This document shows, piece by piece, positions 10,845-21,005 of a DNA stretch of 38,889 nt. This DNA comes from an uncultured Clostridia bacterium (GTDB lineage: Bacteria; Bacillota; Clostridia; TANB77; CAG-508): contig CASUIT010000002.1 of NCBI GenBank assembly GCA_949455995.1, positions 1-38,889 on the forward strand, written 5' to 3'. The first letter of the stretch is position 1, and the number at the start of each line of letters is the position of its first letter. Made by a program: the position numbers and the translations under genes. Below the pieces are notes generated by a model. It searched no databases, was not told where the DNA came from, and was given only the letters and a program-made list of their open reading frames with translations.

Positions 10845-12129
10845 ATGAAAATATTAATGCTAACATGGGAATACCCACCAAGAGTGGTAGGAGGAATTTC
10901 TAGAGTTGTATATGATTTATCAAGAACCTTATTAAAAGATGGACATGATGTAACTGTAATAACCTATCGAGATGGAGATATTCCATACTTTGAAGATGAC
11001 AAAGGAGTAAAAGTATATAGAATAGACAATTATATGATAAATCCTAACAATTTTATAGACTGGGTAATGCAAATGAATTTCAATATGCTTGCAAAAGCAA
11101 ACGAAATTATAGCCAAACAAGGAAATTTTGATGTTATCCATGCACATGATTGGTTAGTAGCATACAGTGCCAAAACATTAAAAAACTCTTATAACATTCC
11201 AATTGTTTCAACCATACATGCAACAGAAGCAGGAAGAAACAGTGGTATTCACGATGAGCAACAAAGATATATCAATGACACAGAATGGATGTTAACCTAT
11301 GAATCAGCAGAAGTAATTGTAAACAGCAATTATATGAAAAATGAATTACAAAGGTTATTTGGATTACCATATGAGAAAATCAATGTTGTACCAAATGGCG
11401 TAAATATGAGTTTATTCAATGGAATAGAAAGAGACTATAACTTTAGAAGAAGATATGCAATGGACAATGAAAAAATCATTTTATTTATGGGAAGGCTAGT
11501 ATACGAAAAAGGAATACAAAATCTAATTGCAGCCATGCCAAAAATATTAGAAGGTTACCATGACACAAAACTTGTTATTTGTGGAAAAGGAGGAATGTTA
11601 GAAGAACTAAGGCAACAAGTAAACACGATGGGAATTTCCAATAAAGTATATTTTGCAGGATATATGAATGGAAAGGACGTACAAAAAATGTATAAAGCAG
11701 CAGACATTTCAGTATTTCCAAGTACATATGAACCATTTGGAATAGTAGCCTTAGAAGCTATGTTATCCGAAAATCCAGTAGTAGTATCTGACATAGGACG
11801 GACTAAATGAAATAGTAGAACACAAAGTAAATGGAATGAAAGCATATTGCGGGAATGCAAATTCAATAGCAGATTCCATATTAGAATTATTGTACGATCA
11901 TAAACTTTGTAGTGAAATAATCAAAAAAGCCAAAAATAAAGTAAGAAATGAATATAATTGGAGTAAAATAGCACAAGATACGCATTTTACTTATCAAAAA
12001 GCAATATGTCAATCCATGGCAGAAAAACAAAAAAGAGAATTGGAACAAGAAAGAGCAAGAAAAACCAAAAGTGCCAAAAATGAAATTACCAATTTACTTA
12101 GTTTCAAAAAACGTCAAGCATATGCTTAA
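10845..12129 (+). CDS. GT4-family glycosyltransferase; needs a +1 shift at CGG 11799-11801
   Basis: MKILMLTWEYPPRVVGGISR N-terminus and EPFGIVALEAM. The zero frame reads DIG-R-T-K-stop; skipping C gives DIGGLNEIVEHKVNGM (canonical GG..E motif) continuous with ORF 11836..12129. An alternative start at 10821 is possible. Confidence 0.8.
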
Positions 12130-12143
12130 TAAAAAAGAAAAAA

Positions 12144-12190
12144 GAAAACAAAACTATACAATAACAATATATATAGTTTTGTTTTTTTCT
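12144..12190 (+). terminator. rho-independent terminator
   Basis: GAAAACAAAACTATA ... TATAGTTTTGTTTTT stem followed by a T-run. Confidence 0.6.
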
Positions 12191-12309
12191 TGTTGTATAG
12201 GAAAAATCAAATTTCCAATATAACAAAAACACATTCCACACAAAATTCTTTCAAAATTTTTGTGGGCTAACAAGGAAACTTTAGTTTTGCAACCAAAAGC
12301 AAAAATAAA

Positions 12310-12338
12310 TTGCAAAATATATAAAAAGCTTGTATAAT
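12310..12338 (+). promoter_or_regulatory. sigma-A-type promoter upstream of era
   Basis: TTGCAA, 17 nt, TATAAT. Confidence 0.4.
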
Positions 12339-12522
12339 AAATCAAGCAATGGTATAAATCCATTAGAAAGTGTTTGAATATATGAAAACGATAGTAAAAA
12401 GACTTTAAATAAAAATAGAAAAAAATTAAAATTCTACAAATTTAGCAAAAAAATAGTGTATAATATAGAAATAGTTAGTTTGCATCAGCCCCAAACATAT
12501 CAAAAAGAAAGAGGAATAATAG

Positions 12523-13431
12523 ATGGAAGAGATAAATTTTAAATCAGGTTTTGTAACATTAATTGGAAGAACAAATGTGGGAAAGTCTACTTTGTTGAAT
12601 TTATTAGTAGGAGAGAAGATTGCTGCGATTGCCAATAAAGTACAAACAACGAGGACAGCGATGAAAGGCATTGTGAATCGCCCCAATTGCCAAATCGTTT
12701 TTATTGATACACCAGGTATTCATAAGCCAAAAACAAAGTTAAATGAAACAATGGTAGAGACTTCTTTTTCTAGTATTTTGGATGCAGATATTGTTTTATT
12801 TTTAATAGAGGCAACAAGTACAAACATTGGCAAAGGAGATAGTATTATTTTAGAGAAACTTAAAGAGAAAAAATTAAAAACCATATTAATAATCAACAAA
12901 ATTGATTTAATAAAAAGAGAAAATCTTTTGAAGCTAATTGATATTTATCGTAAAGAATATCCTTTTGAAGCGGTAATTCCTATTTCGGCAACTAATAATA
13001 AGTATAAAGAAGTTATTTTAAATGAGATTGAAAAGAACTTAAATTTTGGTCCAGCATATTATGATATAGAAGAGTATACCGATCAGACTTTTAGACAATT
13101 AGCACAAGAGATGATAAGAGAAAAAGCTTTGAAACTATTGCAAGATGAAGTGCCACATGGAATTTATGTAGAAGTAGAGAAAATGAAACAAAGAAAGAAT
13201 AAACAAGGCGAACCTATTTATGATATAGAAGCAACTATTTATTGTTTAAGAGAGTCGCATAAAGGTATCATTATAGGAAAAAATGGAGAAATGTTAAAAA
13301 AAATTGGAAAAATGGCAAGAATAGATATGGAAAATAGTTTTGAAACCAAAGTAAACTTAAAAACTTGGGTAAAAGTAAATTTAGATTGGCAATCCAAAGA
13401 TAAAATAGTAAATCAGTTTAAATTAAAATAG
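12523..13431 (+). CDS. era: GTPase Era
   Basis: GRTNVGKSTLLN (G1), DTPG (G3), NKID (G4) and a C-terminal KH domain (GIIIGKNGEMLKKIG). Confidence 0.95.
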   Translation: MEEINFKSGFVTLIGRTNVGKSTLLNLLVGEKIAAIANKVQTTRTAMKGIVNRPNCQIVFIDTPGIHKPKTKLNETMVETSFSSILDADIVLFLIEATSTNIGKGDSIILEKLKEKKLKTILIINKIDLIKRENLLKLIDIYRKEYPFEAVIPISATNNKYKEVILNEIEKNLNFGPAYYDIEEYTDQTFRQLAQEMIREKALKLLQDEVPHGIYVEVEKMKQRKNKQGEPIYDIEATIYCLRESHKGIIIGKNGEMLKKIGKMARIDMENSFETKVNLKTWVKVNLDWQSKDKIVNQFKLK

Positions 13432-13508
13432 TTTAAAAGGTATAAAAAATAATAAAAATGTAAAAAATACGATAGAAGAGAAACGAAAAGAATAAAGGAA
13501 GTGAACGT

Positions 13509-13634
13509 ATGATTAAAAAAATAGCATGGGAAACCTTTAAAAATACAGGAGATATAAATGCTTTTATAGAATTAAAACAAATAGAAGATATAGAAAAAAA
13601 GATAGAACAATGTTGCACGAAAAGAGAGGAATAA
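13509..13634 (+). CDS. yqzL: YqzL-like small protein (41 aa), absent from the supplied ORF track
   Basis: MIKKIAWETFKNTGDINAFIELKQIEDIEKKIEQCCTKREE. RBS AAGGAAGTG. Lies between era and recO as in Bacillus. The W..F..TG.I.A(Y/F) motif is recalled from the YqzL family. Confidence 0.55.
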   Translation: MIKKIAWETFKNTGDINAFIELKQIEDIEKKIEQCCTKREE

Positions 13635-13642
13635 AAGAAAAA

Positions 13643-14372
13643 ATGGCAAATATAAAAATAAACGGAATAGTATTATCAGAAAGTAATATGGGAGATTTTG
13701 ATAAAATGTTAACCATACTAACACCCAATATACGGAAAAATTTCATGTATAGCCAAAGGAGCGAGAAGACCAAAAAGTGCTCTTTTGGCAGGAACCCAAA
13801 TGTTTTGTTTTGGTGAATATTTAGTATACCAAGGAAGTCAAACATACCATATCAACTCAGTAGAACCAATAGAAGTTTTTTACAATTTAAGAATAGACTT
13901 AGACAAATTAAAAATAGCAGTACATATTAATAAAATTGTACAAGATATAACATGTGAAAATCAAAATTGTTATAAAATTTTACAATTAGTATTAAATACA
14001 CTGTATACCATATCAGAAACCAAAAAAGATTTAGAAATGGTATTAAGTGTATTTAAATTGCGTATGTTATGTATTTTAGGATATACCCCACAAATCATGC
14101 AATGTGTTCATTGTAAAGAAAAAGAACCATTAACCTATTTTAGTATAAAAGACAATGGATTAAAATGTAAAATATGTGGAAAACAAGACACCAGTAGTAT
14201 ACAAATAAGCAAAAGCACCTTAAATGCAATAAAATATACAATAACAGCACCATCTAAAAAATTATATTCCTTTAATTTAAAAGAAACAGGATTAGAAGAA
14301 TTTAAACTGATAAGTAAAATCTATTTTAATGAAAAATTAGAAAAAGAATATAAATTAGAAGATTTGTTTTAA
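13643..14372 (+). CDS. recO: DNA repair protein RecO; needs a +1 shift at CGG 13733-13735
   Basis: The N-terminus MANIKINGIVLSESNMGDFDKMLTILTPNI is in one frame and GKISCIAKGARRPKSALLAGTQMFCFGEY... in the +1 frame. A zinc-finger-like CVHC...CKIC lies downstream. Confidence 0.85.
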
Positions 14373-14403
14373 TGTGACAAAGGGGGCGTCCCTTTTTGTC
14401 ACA
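14373..14403 (+). repeat. REP-like 31-nt palindrome, copy 3 (1 mismatch to copy 1)
   Basis: TGTGACAAAGGGGGCGTCCCTTTTTGTCACA, starting immediately after the recO TAA stop. Confidence 0.9.
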
Positions 14404-14432
14404 TTATTAACTTTAGCGTTAACCCACTAGCT

Positions 14433-14678
14433 ATGCTGGGGAGTCAAATAAAATTTATAGTTATTACGACATATGAATGCAAATATCACATAGTATTCTC
14501 ACCAAAATTAAGTGTATCATCATTCATGGGATATTTGAAAGGAAGAGGTTTCTATGTAAGTACAGTAGGAAATAACAAGTCATCAGTATATAATTATGTA
14601 GAAAATCAATTGAAAGAAGACATGGTGTCAGACAAATTGACAATCAAGGAATATAAAGATTTTAGTTTTTTTATTTGA
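14433..14678 (+). pseudogene. internally deleted IS200/IS605 TnpA (Y1 transposase)
   Basis: YECKYHIVFSPK joined directly to LSVSSFMGYLKG and then RGFYVSTVGNNKSSVYNYVENQLKED. The HUH region and the central part are missing. Confidence 0.7.
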
Positions 14679-14732
14679 CAATTAAAATATTAATGTATAT
14701 AATAAAATCGTAAGAAGAAGGGAGAGATAAAT

Positions 14733-15260
14733 ATGAAAATAAAAATAACAGGAAAAGAATTAAAAGTAACACAAAGTATAAATGACTATATAGAAAAGAA
14801 AATGGAAAGGATAGCAAAATATTTTGAGGAGTTAGAAGTACAAGTAACCTTAAAAACAGAAAAAAACGAACAAATAGCAGAAATTTATGTTACAGCAAAT
14901 GGAGAAAAGTACATAGCAATAACGCAAGACAAAGATATGTATGCCTCTATTGATAAAGATATTGATATTTTAGAAGGGCAAATAAGAAAAGCAAAAACGA
15001 AAAGAGAAAAAATGATGAAAGAAGCATCGATTAAAACAATGGAGACAAAACAGGAAGAAAGCATGGAAATAAAAGATGAAATTATAAAAAATTCTTATTA
15101 TGAAATTAAGCCAATGTTACCAGAAGATGCCATTTGTAAGCTAAAAGAAAAGCCAACACATAATTTTTTAGTATTTGTCAATATAGAAACAGAGAAAGTA
15201 AATGTGATCTATAAATTAAAAGATGGAAAGAATTATGGATTAGTAGAACCAGAAGCATAA
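14733..15260 (+). CDS. hpf: ribosome hibernation-promoting factor (long HPF)
   Basis: [31 protein letters not shown] N-terminal S30AE domain plus a C-terminal dimerisation domain ([28 protein letters not shown]). Confidence 0.9.
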   Translation: [175 protein letters not shown]

Positions 15261-15277
15261 GGAAAAGGAGAAAAAAG

Positions 15278-15805
15278 TTGAATGTAATAATTATTGTAAT
15301 AGCCATTGTAGTATTATATATTTTTATAACCTATAATTCATTTGTTAGTAGAAAAAACAAAATAAAGCAAGCAATCTCTGGGATTGATGTGTATCTAACA
15401 CAAAGATTTGATTTAATACCCAATTTAGTAGAGTGCGTAAAAGGATATATGACTTATGAAAAAGAAACATTAACAGAAATAACAAAAATGAGGCAATCCT
15501 ATTTACAAACAAGGAATTTGCAAGAGGGTGAAAAATTAAATAATGAATGTAATAAAATAATGGCAGTTGCAGAAAACTATCCAGAGTTGAAGGCAAGTGA
15601 ACAATTTTTAAACCTTCAAAAAAATCTAACCAAAATGGAAAGTCAATTACAAGCAGCCAGAAGAATTTATAACTCAGAAGTGAATGTTTATAACAATAAA
15701 ATTCAAATGTTTCCAAATGTTATAATAGCTAATATGTTTGGATTTAAAGAAGAAACATTTTTTCAAGCACAAAAAGGAGCCCAAAATAATATTTCAGTAA
15801 AATAG
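15278..15805 (+). CDS. lemA: LemA family protein (TTG start)
   Basis: N-terminal TM, then YNSFVSRKNKIKQAISGIDVYLTQRFDLIPNLVE and ENYPELKAS...LQ.L...E, typical of LemA. Confidence 0.85.
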   Translation: MNVIIIVIAIVVLYIFITYNSFVSRKNKIKQAISGIDVYLTQRFDLIPNLVECVKGYMTYEKETLTEITKMRQSYLQTRNLQEGEKLNNECNKIMAVAENYPELKASEQFLNLQKNLTKMESQLQAARRIYNSEVNVYNNKIQMFPNVIIANMFGFKEETFFQAQKGAQNNISVK

Positions 15806-15817
15806 GAGAAATTACCA

Positions 15818-16702
15818 ATGAAAAATTTTAATGATATATATGAAGAAATATACAAAAAATGTGCACAACCAATGGAACAAATGAGAAAAACAACTAGAAA
15901 TGGATTTGTTATCGTTTTTACCATATCTATTTTTTTGGGAATCCTATTAACTGTTTTAACAAGTTATTCCATTTTTTTAGTAATAGCTATAGTAATAATG
16001 GTATTATATATCATTTTATCAAAGAATAATAAAAAATACAGACAATTTTTTAAACAAAATGTAGTAAAAACATTTATCAAAGAATATAGTCAAACGTTAG
16101 AATACATACCAGAACGAGGAATTTCACCACGTATTTATGCAAATGGAGAATTTGAATCCTATGATCGATATTATTCAGAAGACTTAATAACAGGTGTGTT
16201 AAATGATAAATACAAAATTGCAATGGCAGAAGTGCATACAGAACAAGAATCTAGAGACAGTGATGGAGATACTACATATACAACTGTTTTTTATGGATTA
16301 TTTGCAGAAATTCAATTTGAAAAATTAGTAGCAACCAATATGAAAATACGAAAAAATAAAATGATATCTTTTAATAAAAAAGAAAAAATAGAAATGGATT
16401 CAGGAGAATTTGAAAAGAAATTTGATGTATACTCCATTGACAAAATAATTGCAATGCAATTATTAACTTCAGATATCATGCAAATGTTAATAGATTTTAG
16501 CAAAGAAAATAAACTAATACCAGAAATGACCCTAAAAGGCAATACCTTATATATAAGATTTGCAACAGGAAATATGTTTGAACCCAAGATATTAAAAAAA
16601 TCATTAGATTATGATACCTTAAAAAAATATTACGATACCATTAATTTTACTTTAGGCATAACAGAGAAATTCTTAAAAAATATAGAAGAAACACAAATAT
16701 AA
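15818..16702 (+). CDS. DUF3137-like membrane protein (LemA-associated)
   Basis: Two TM helices near the N-terminus. Position immediately after lemA. The family name is recalled from typical synteny and not verified. Confidence 0.45.
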   Translation: MKNFNDIYEEIYKKCAQPMEQMRKTTRNGFVIVFTISIFLGILLTVLTSYSIFLVIAIVIMVLYIILSKNNKKYRQFFKQNVVKTFIKEYSQTLEYIPERGISPRIYANGEFESYDRYYSEDLITGVLNDKYKIAMAEVHTEQESRDSDGDTTYTTVFYGLFAEIQFEKLVATNMKIRKNKMISFNKKEKIEMDSGEFEKKFDVYSIDKIIAMQLLTSDIMQMLIDFSKENKLIPEMTLKGNTLYIRFATGNMFEPKILKKSLDYDTLKKYYDTINFTLGITEKFLKNIEETQI

Positions 16703-16705
16703 TAA

Positions 16706-16732
16706 AAAGGCAGGAAATCAAATCCTGCCTTT
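16706..16732. terminator. bidirectional terminator between convergent genes
   Basis: AAAGGCAGGA loop TCCTGCCTTT. Confidence 0.65.
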
Positions 16733-16780
16733 ATGTATTAAAAAATAGATAAAAGCAAAATTTAATTTCCTACCAAAAAA

Positions 16781-16978
16781 CTATTTCATTTGTTGTTCAG
16801 CTTGTTGTATCATTTTTCTAACCATGTTACCACCGATTCTACCAGCATCTTTAGCTGAGATATCTCCATTATATCCGTCTTTTAAATTAACACCAACTTC
16901 ACTAGCTACTTCATATTTGAATTTATCTAAAGCAGACATAGCTTCTGGAACTAATTTCTTGTTTGAACTGTTTGCCAT
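16781..16978 (-). CDS. alpha/beta-type small acid-soluble spore protein
   Basis: MANSSNKKLVPEAMSALDKFKYEVASEVGV...GGNMVRKMIQQAEQQM. RBS GGAGGTG. The start is moved inward from the track ORF (17041). Confidence 0.85.
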   Translation of the reverse strand: MANSSNKKLVPEAMSALDKFKYEVASEVGVNLKDGYNGDISAKDAGRIGGNMVRKMIQQAEQQMK

Positions 16979-17167
16979 TGTTTTTTCACCTCCTGTAATA
17001 TTACATATAGAAAAAACCATTGCTTTTTCTAATACTATCATTTGCTAAAACACATAAAAATAAACAAGCAATTTTTTCCAAACGATTATTAAATAATTAA
17101 AAGGTATTGACATATCAGAAAAATTAAAGTAAAAAATAATAGAAAGACAAAGGAGGAAAAATAAAAT

Positions 17168-18037
17168 ATGTATAAATTAGTAGCCATTGATTTAGATGGA
17201 ACCATGTTAAACCAATATGGGATAGTTACTCAAAAAACAAAAAAAGTCATCCAAAAAACTATACAAAAAGGAATAGAAGTAGTAATTGCCTCAGGAAGAC
17301 CCATCGATTCTATTGCTACCATTGCAAAAGAAATTGGAAGCAAAAAATATTTCATAGCAGGAAATGGAGCACTTGTTTATGATATACAAAAAGATGAAAT
17401 CATTTATGATAAATTTTTACCCAAAGAAAAAGTATTAGAAATCATCAAATTATGCGAGCAAAATAGTATTTCTTACAATGTATATACCGATCAAACGATA
17501 CTTGCTAAAGCTCTAAAATACAATGTTTTATATTATCAAAAAGAAAATTTAAAAAAAGAAGAAAATAAACAAACTAAAATTAGTATAATCGAAAACATTT
17601 ATGAATATGTAAAAAATAAAAAAGAAGAAAAATTTTTAAAAGTAACCATTTGTGACGAAAACAAAGCCGTATTCCAATCTATTATAAGAAAATTAAGAAA
17701 AATCAAAGGAATTGATGTATTAGATGTATCACATATGTCTAGAAAGACGATAAAACAAGGAACAGAAGAGATAACCATTGAATATTACTATACAGAAATT
17801 ATGTTGCAAGATGTTGATAAATGGAATGCATTAGCCTATTTGCTAGAACACTTAGAAATAAAACAAGAAGAAGTAATAACGATAGGAGATAATATGAATG
17901 ACAAAAAAATGATACAACAAGCAGGAATGGGAATTGCAATGGAAGGAAGTACGCCAGATGTGACTAAAATAGCAAATTACATAACAGCCTCTAACAAAGA
18001 AGAAGGGGTAGCAAAAGCATTAGAAAAGTTTTGCTAA
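17168..18037 (+). CDS. Cof-type HAD-IIB phosphatase
   Basis: Motif I DLDGTML, SGRP, and motif IV GDNMND. Confidence 0.8.
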   Translation: MYKLVAIDLDGTMLNQYGIVTQKTKKVIQKTIQKGIEVVIASGRPIDSIATIAKEIGSKKYFIAGNGALVYDIQKDEIIYDKFLPKEKVLEIIKLCEQNSISYNVYTDQTILAKALKYNVLYYQKENLKKEENKQTKISIIENIYEYVKNKKEEKFLKVTICDENKAVFQSIIRKLRKIKGIDVLDVSHMSRKTIKQGTEEITIEYYYTEIMLQDVDKWNALAYLLEHLEIKQEEVITIGDNMNDKKMIQQAGMGIAMEGSTPDVTKIANYITASNKEEGVAKALEKFC

Positions 18038-18097
18038 ATATAAATATTACAAAAATATTACAACAATATGAATTTTTGATAACAATAATTAAAAAAG

Positions 18098-18126
18098 TTG
18101 ATTTTAGGGTGTATTTGCGTTACAAT
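18098..18126 (+). promoter_or_regulatory. sigma-A-type promoter of the pilus-like operon
   Basis: TTGATT (18098-18103), 17 nt, TACAAT (18121-18126), 60 nt upstream of the 18188 ATG. Confidence 0.5.
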
Positions 18127-18187
18127 AAAAGAGATAAATATTTTGTAAAAAAATAAACAAAAATATAGTTTAAGGGAGGAATTTGTC

Positions 18188-19435
18188 ATGGCAACAAATC
18201 CAATGCAAAGAAAAGCAAAAATTTCATTTTTTCTAGGAATGTTAATCATGTTATTAATAACAGGAGCAATCATAGCAGTATTATTTATGCAGCTAATGAA
18301 TAAAACCAAAAAGGAACAAGAACAATTAAGAATGCAAAAAAATGTTTATGTACTAAAACAAGATGTTAGTTCTGGTCAAGTCATTACAAGTGATATGATG
18401 GACAAAAAATCTGTAAATGCTGATCTAATACCAAGTAATGCTACTAGTGATATTAGTTTAATCCAAAATTATGCCTTACAAGATAAAGAAGGAAATGACA
18501 TTGGAACCATATATGATAAGAACAAAAACACCTTTTTATACATGAAAAAAGGAGACAAGGATTGCCTAGTAGAAAAAGAAATGGAAACAGATGACAATTA
18601 TTACTTACAAAAAGATGAAGAAAATAATTATATTTACATCAAAAAAGACAACAATGAAAATGTTGCACTTTATATAGAAAAAGATGGAGAACATGAAATA
18701 AAACTAGACGACCAAACTGGAAATTACTATTATGAAGTAAATAGAAGACAAACACAATTAAATATCAATAAAGAATATATAGAATTAAACAGTGTACCAT
18801 TAGTAGCCAAAATAACCATGAAAAAAAATACAGTAATGACAACAGAATTAGTGAGTAAAAGTGATAACATTGTGCAAAATGATGTGAGAAAACAAGAATA
18901 TAACATGTTAGTATTACCAATGGATCTAGTAACAGGAGATTATATAGACATTAGACTAATGTTACCATCTGGACAAGATTATATTGTAGTTGCCAAAAAA
19001 GAAGTAACCATACCAGATGCCAATGGAGTAAATGTAGAAGACACGATTTGGGTTAACTTATCAGAAGATGAAATATTACATATGAGTTGTGCTATTATTG
19101 ATGCTTACCAAGTAAAAGGTGCTAAACTATATGCAACAAAATATACAGAAGCAGGAATGCAAGAAGCAGCAACACCAACCTATCCAGTAAACGAAAGTAC
19201 ACTTACATTATTAAGAAGAGATCCAAATGTTTTAGAAAGAGCCATGAGTGATATAATAAATAGATATAATAGAACTAATGGAGATAACCTAAGAAATGAC
19301 TACATCAATAGTGTTATCAATGCACAAGGAGAGCAAACACAATCTAACATAGAAACCAACATGCAAGAAAGCATTACAAATTCTAAAAATTCTAGAAAAG
19401 AATACTTAGATTCCTTAGCAGGAGTAGTAAAATAA
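18188..19435 (+). CDS. CpaB/RcpC-like pilus assembly protein (SAF domain) with a large insertion
   Basis: N-terminal TM. VYVLKQDVSSGQVITSDMM...LIPSNA resembles the SAF domain. C-terminal LVLPMDLVTGDYIDIRLMLPSG...YIVVAKKEV resembles the CpaB C-domain. Confidence 0.6.
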   Translation: MATNPMQRKAKISFFLGMLIMLLITGAIIAVLFMQLMNKTKKEQEQLRMQKNVYVLKQDVSSGQVITSDMMDKKSVNADLIPSNATSDISLIQNYALQDKEGNDIGTIYDKNKNTFLYMKKGDKDCLVEKEMETDDNYYLQKDEENNYIYIKKDNNENVALYIEKDGEHEIKLDDQTGNYYYEVNRRQTQLNINKEYIELNSVPLVAKITMKKNTVMTTELVSKSDNIVQNDVRKQEYNMLVLPMDLVTGDYIDIRLMLPSGQDYIVVAKKEVTIPDANGVNVEDTIWVNLSEDEILHMSCAIIDAYQVKGAKLYATKYTEAGMQEAATPTYPVNESTLTLLRRDPNVLERAMSDIINRYNRTNGDNLRNDYINSVINAQGEQTQSNIETNMQESITNSKNSRKEYLDSLAGVVK

Positions 19436-19453
19436 AAAAGGAGAGAAATAGAC

Positions 19454-20152
19454 ATGAAGAAAATAGGGTTTATAGGGGCATATGATAAAACAGATTTAAT
19501 TTTATATATTGCAAAAATTTTAACGACATTAGATAAAAAAGTATTAATCATAGATTCTACCATTAATCAAAAAGCAAGGTACATAGTACCAACTATAAAC
19601 CCTGCGGTAGAATATGTTACAACATTTGAAGAGATAGACATAGCCGTTGGATTTACCAAAATAGAAGATATCAAAAAATATTTAGCAATATCTGGAGAAC
19701 AAGAATTAGAATATGACATCATATTGGTTGATGTAGATAATTTAGAAGGATTTCAAAATTTTGAACTAGAAGAAGCCCAAAAAAATTATTTTATAACATC
19801 TTTTGATAATTATTCTTTAAAAAAAGGATTAGAAGTATTATGTCAATTGCAAAATGTAATAAGTCTAACAAAAGTCCTATTTTCTAAAGAAATGTTAAAA
19901 GAAGAAGATGACTACTTAAATTTTCTTTCTTTAGGATACAAAGTAGTATGGAATGAATATAGAATATATTTTCCAATTGAAAATGGAGATTTAAGTGTTA
20001 TTTATGAAAATCAAAGAGTAGCTAAAATAAAATTTAAAAAATTAAGTATTCAATACAAAGACGGTTTAGCGTATCTTGCGGGTGAAATACTAGGAGATGT
20101 AAGCGAATCTAACATTAGGAAAGCCATTAAGATAATTGAAAGAGGAGTATAA
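19454..20152 (+). CDS. ParA/MinD-fold TadZ/CpaE-like protein lacking Walker A
   Basis: MKKIGFIGAYDKTDLILYIAKIL...KVLIIDS follows the beta1-P-loop-helix layout, but GKT is replaced by YDKTD. Confidence 0.45.
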   Translation: MKKIGFIGAYDKTDLILYIAKILTTLDKKVLIIDSTINQKARYIVPTINPAVEYVTTFEEIDIAVGFTKIEDIKKYLAISGEQELEYDIILVDVDNLEGFQNFELEEAQKNYFITSFDNYSLKKGLEVLCQLQNVISLTKVLFSKEMLKEEDDYLNFLSLGYKVVWNEYRIYFPIENGDLSVIYENQRVAKIKFKKLSIQYKDGLAYLAGEILGDVSESNIRKAIKIIERGV

Positions 20153-20154
20153 AA

Positions 20155-20991
20155 ATGTCAATTGTAACTTTTTGGAATGATGGAAAAGAACAAACAGGGA
20201 AAACATTATCGTTAGTAGCAATTTGTACACAACTTGCTATTGAACATAATTATAGAATATTGGTTATTTCAACAGGATATCAAGATGATAATTTAGACAA
20301 TTGTTTTTGGGAACCAAAAAAAGCCAAAAAAAACAGAGGACTATTTGGACCAAATACAAATATAGGAATGAATGAAGGATTTTCTGGATTAGCAAAAATC
20401 ATGAAAAGTAATAAACTAACACCAGAGTATATTACTAATTATACGAAAATTATATTCAAAGATAGACTAGAAATATTGCCAACCTTTAAAGGAGAAAAGG
20501 ACGAATATAGGGATATTATAAAATATTATCCAGACATTATTGGATTAGCCAATAGTTATTATGACTTAGTTTTTGTAGATTTAGATAGAGAAGTACCAGA
20601 AGATATTGCAGATTCTATTTTACAAGCTTCTAATTTGATTATTGCTAATTTAAGTCAAAGAATAACAAGTATGAATGAATTTATGAAAATAAGAGAAGAA
20701 AAAACTATTTTTAACTCTAAAAAAGTATTATTATTAATAGGAAGGTATGACAAATATTCAAAATATAATATTAAAAATTTAACAAGATATTTAGGCGAAA
20801 AAAACAAAGTATCAACGATACCATATAATACACTATTTTTTGAGGCATGTGAAGAAGCAAGTGTACCAGATTTATTTTTAAGACTTAGAAAAGTAGATGA
20901 AGATGATAGAAATGGCTTTTTTATAGCAGAAATAAGAAGAACCATAGAAAATATCATATATCGATTAGAAGACTTAGCAATGAAGATGTAA
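20155..20991 (+). CDS. ParA/MinD-fold TadZ/CpaE-like protein with a deviant Walker A (GKEQTGKT)
   Basis: IVTFWNDGKEQTGKTLSLVAI...RILVISTG and later DLVFVDLD (Walker B-like). Confidence 0.5.
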   Translation: MSIVTFWNDGKEQTGKTLSLVAICTQLAIEHNYRILVISTGYQDDNLDNCFWEPKKAKKNRGLFGPNTNIGMNEGFSGLAKIMKSNKLTPEYITNYTKIIFKDRLEILPTFKGEKDEYRDIIKYYPDIIGLANSYYDLVFVDLDREVPEDIADSILQASNLIIANLSQRITSMNEFMKIREEKTIFNSKKVLLLIGRYDKYSKYNIKNLTRYLGEKNKVSTIPYNTLFFEACEEASVPDLFLRLRKVDEDDRNGFFIAEIRRTIENIIYRLEDLAMKM

Positions 20992-21005
20992 GGAGGGAGA
21001 ACTAA

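Noticed and set aside
12154-12686. ORFs 12154..12363 and 12426..12686 in the GT4-era intergenic region. I also searched here for a riboswitch or ncRNA.
   Set aside because: They have no RBS and hydrophobic junk composition, and one overlaps the era start. I could not recognise any conserved RNA fold, only promoter-like hexamers.
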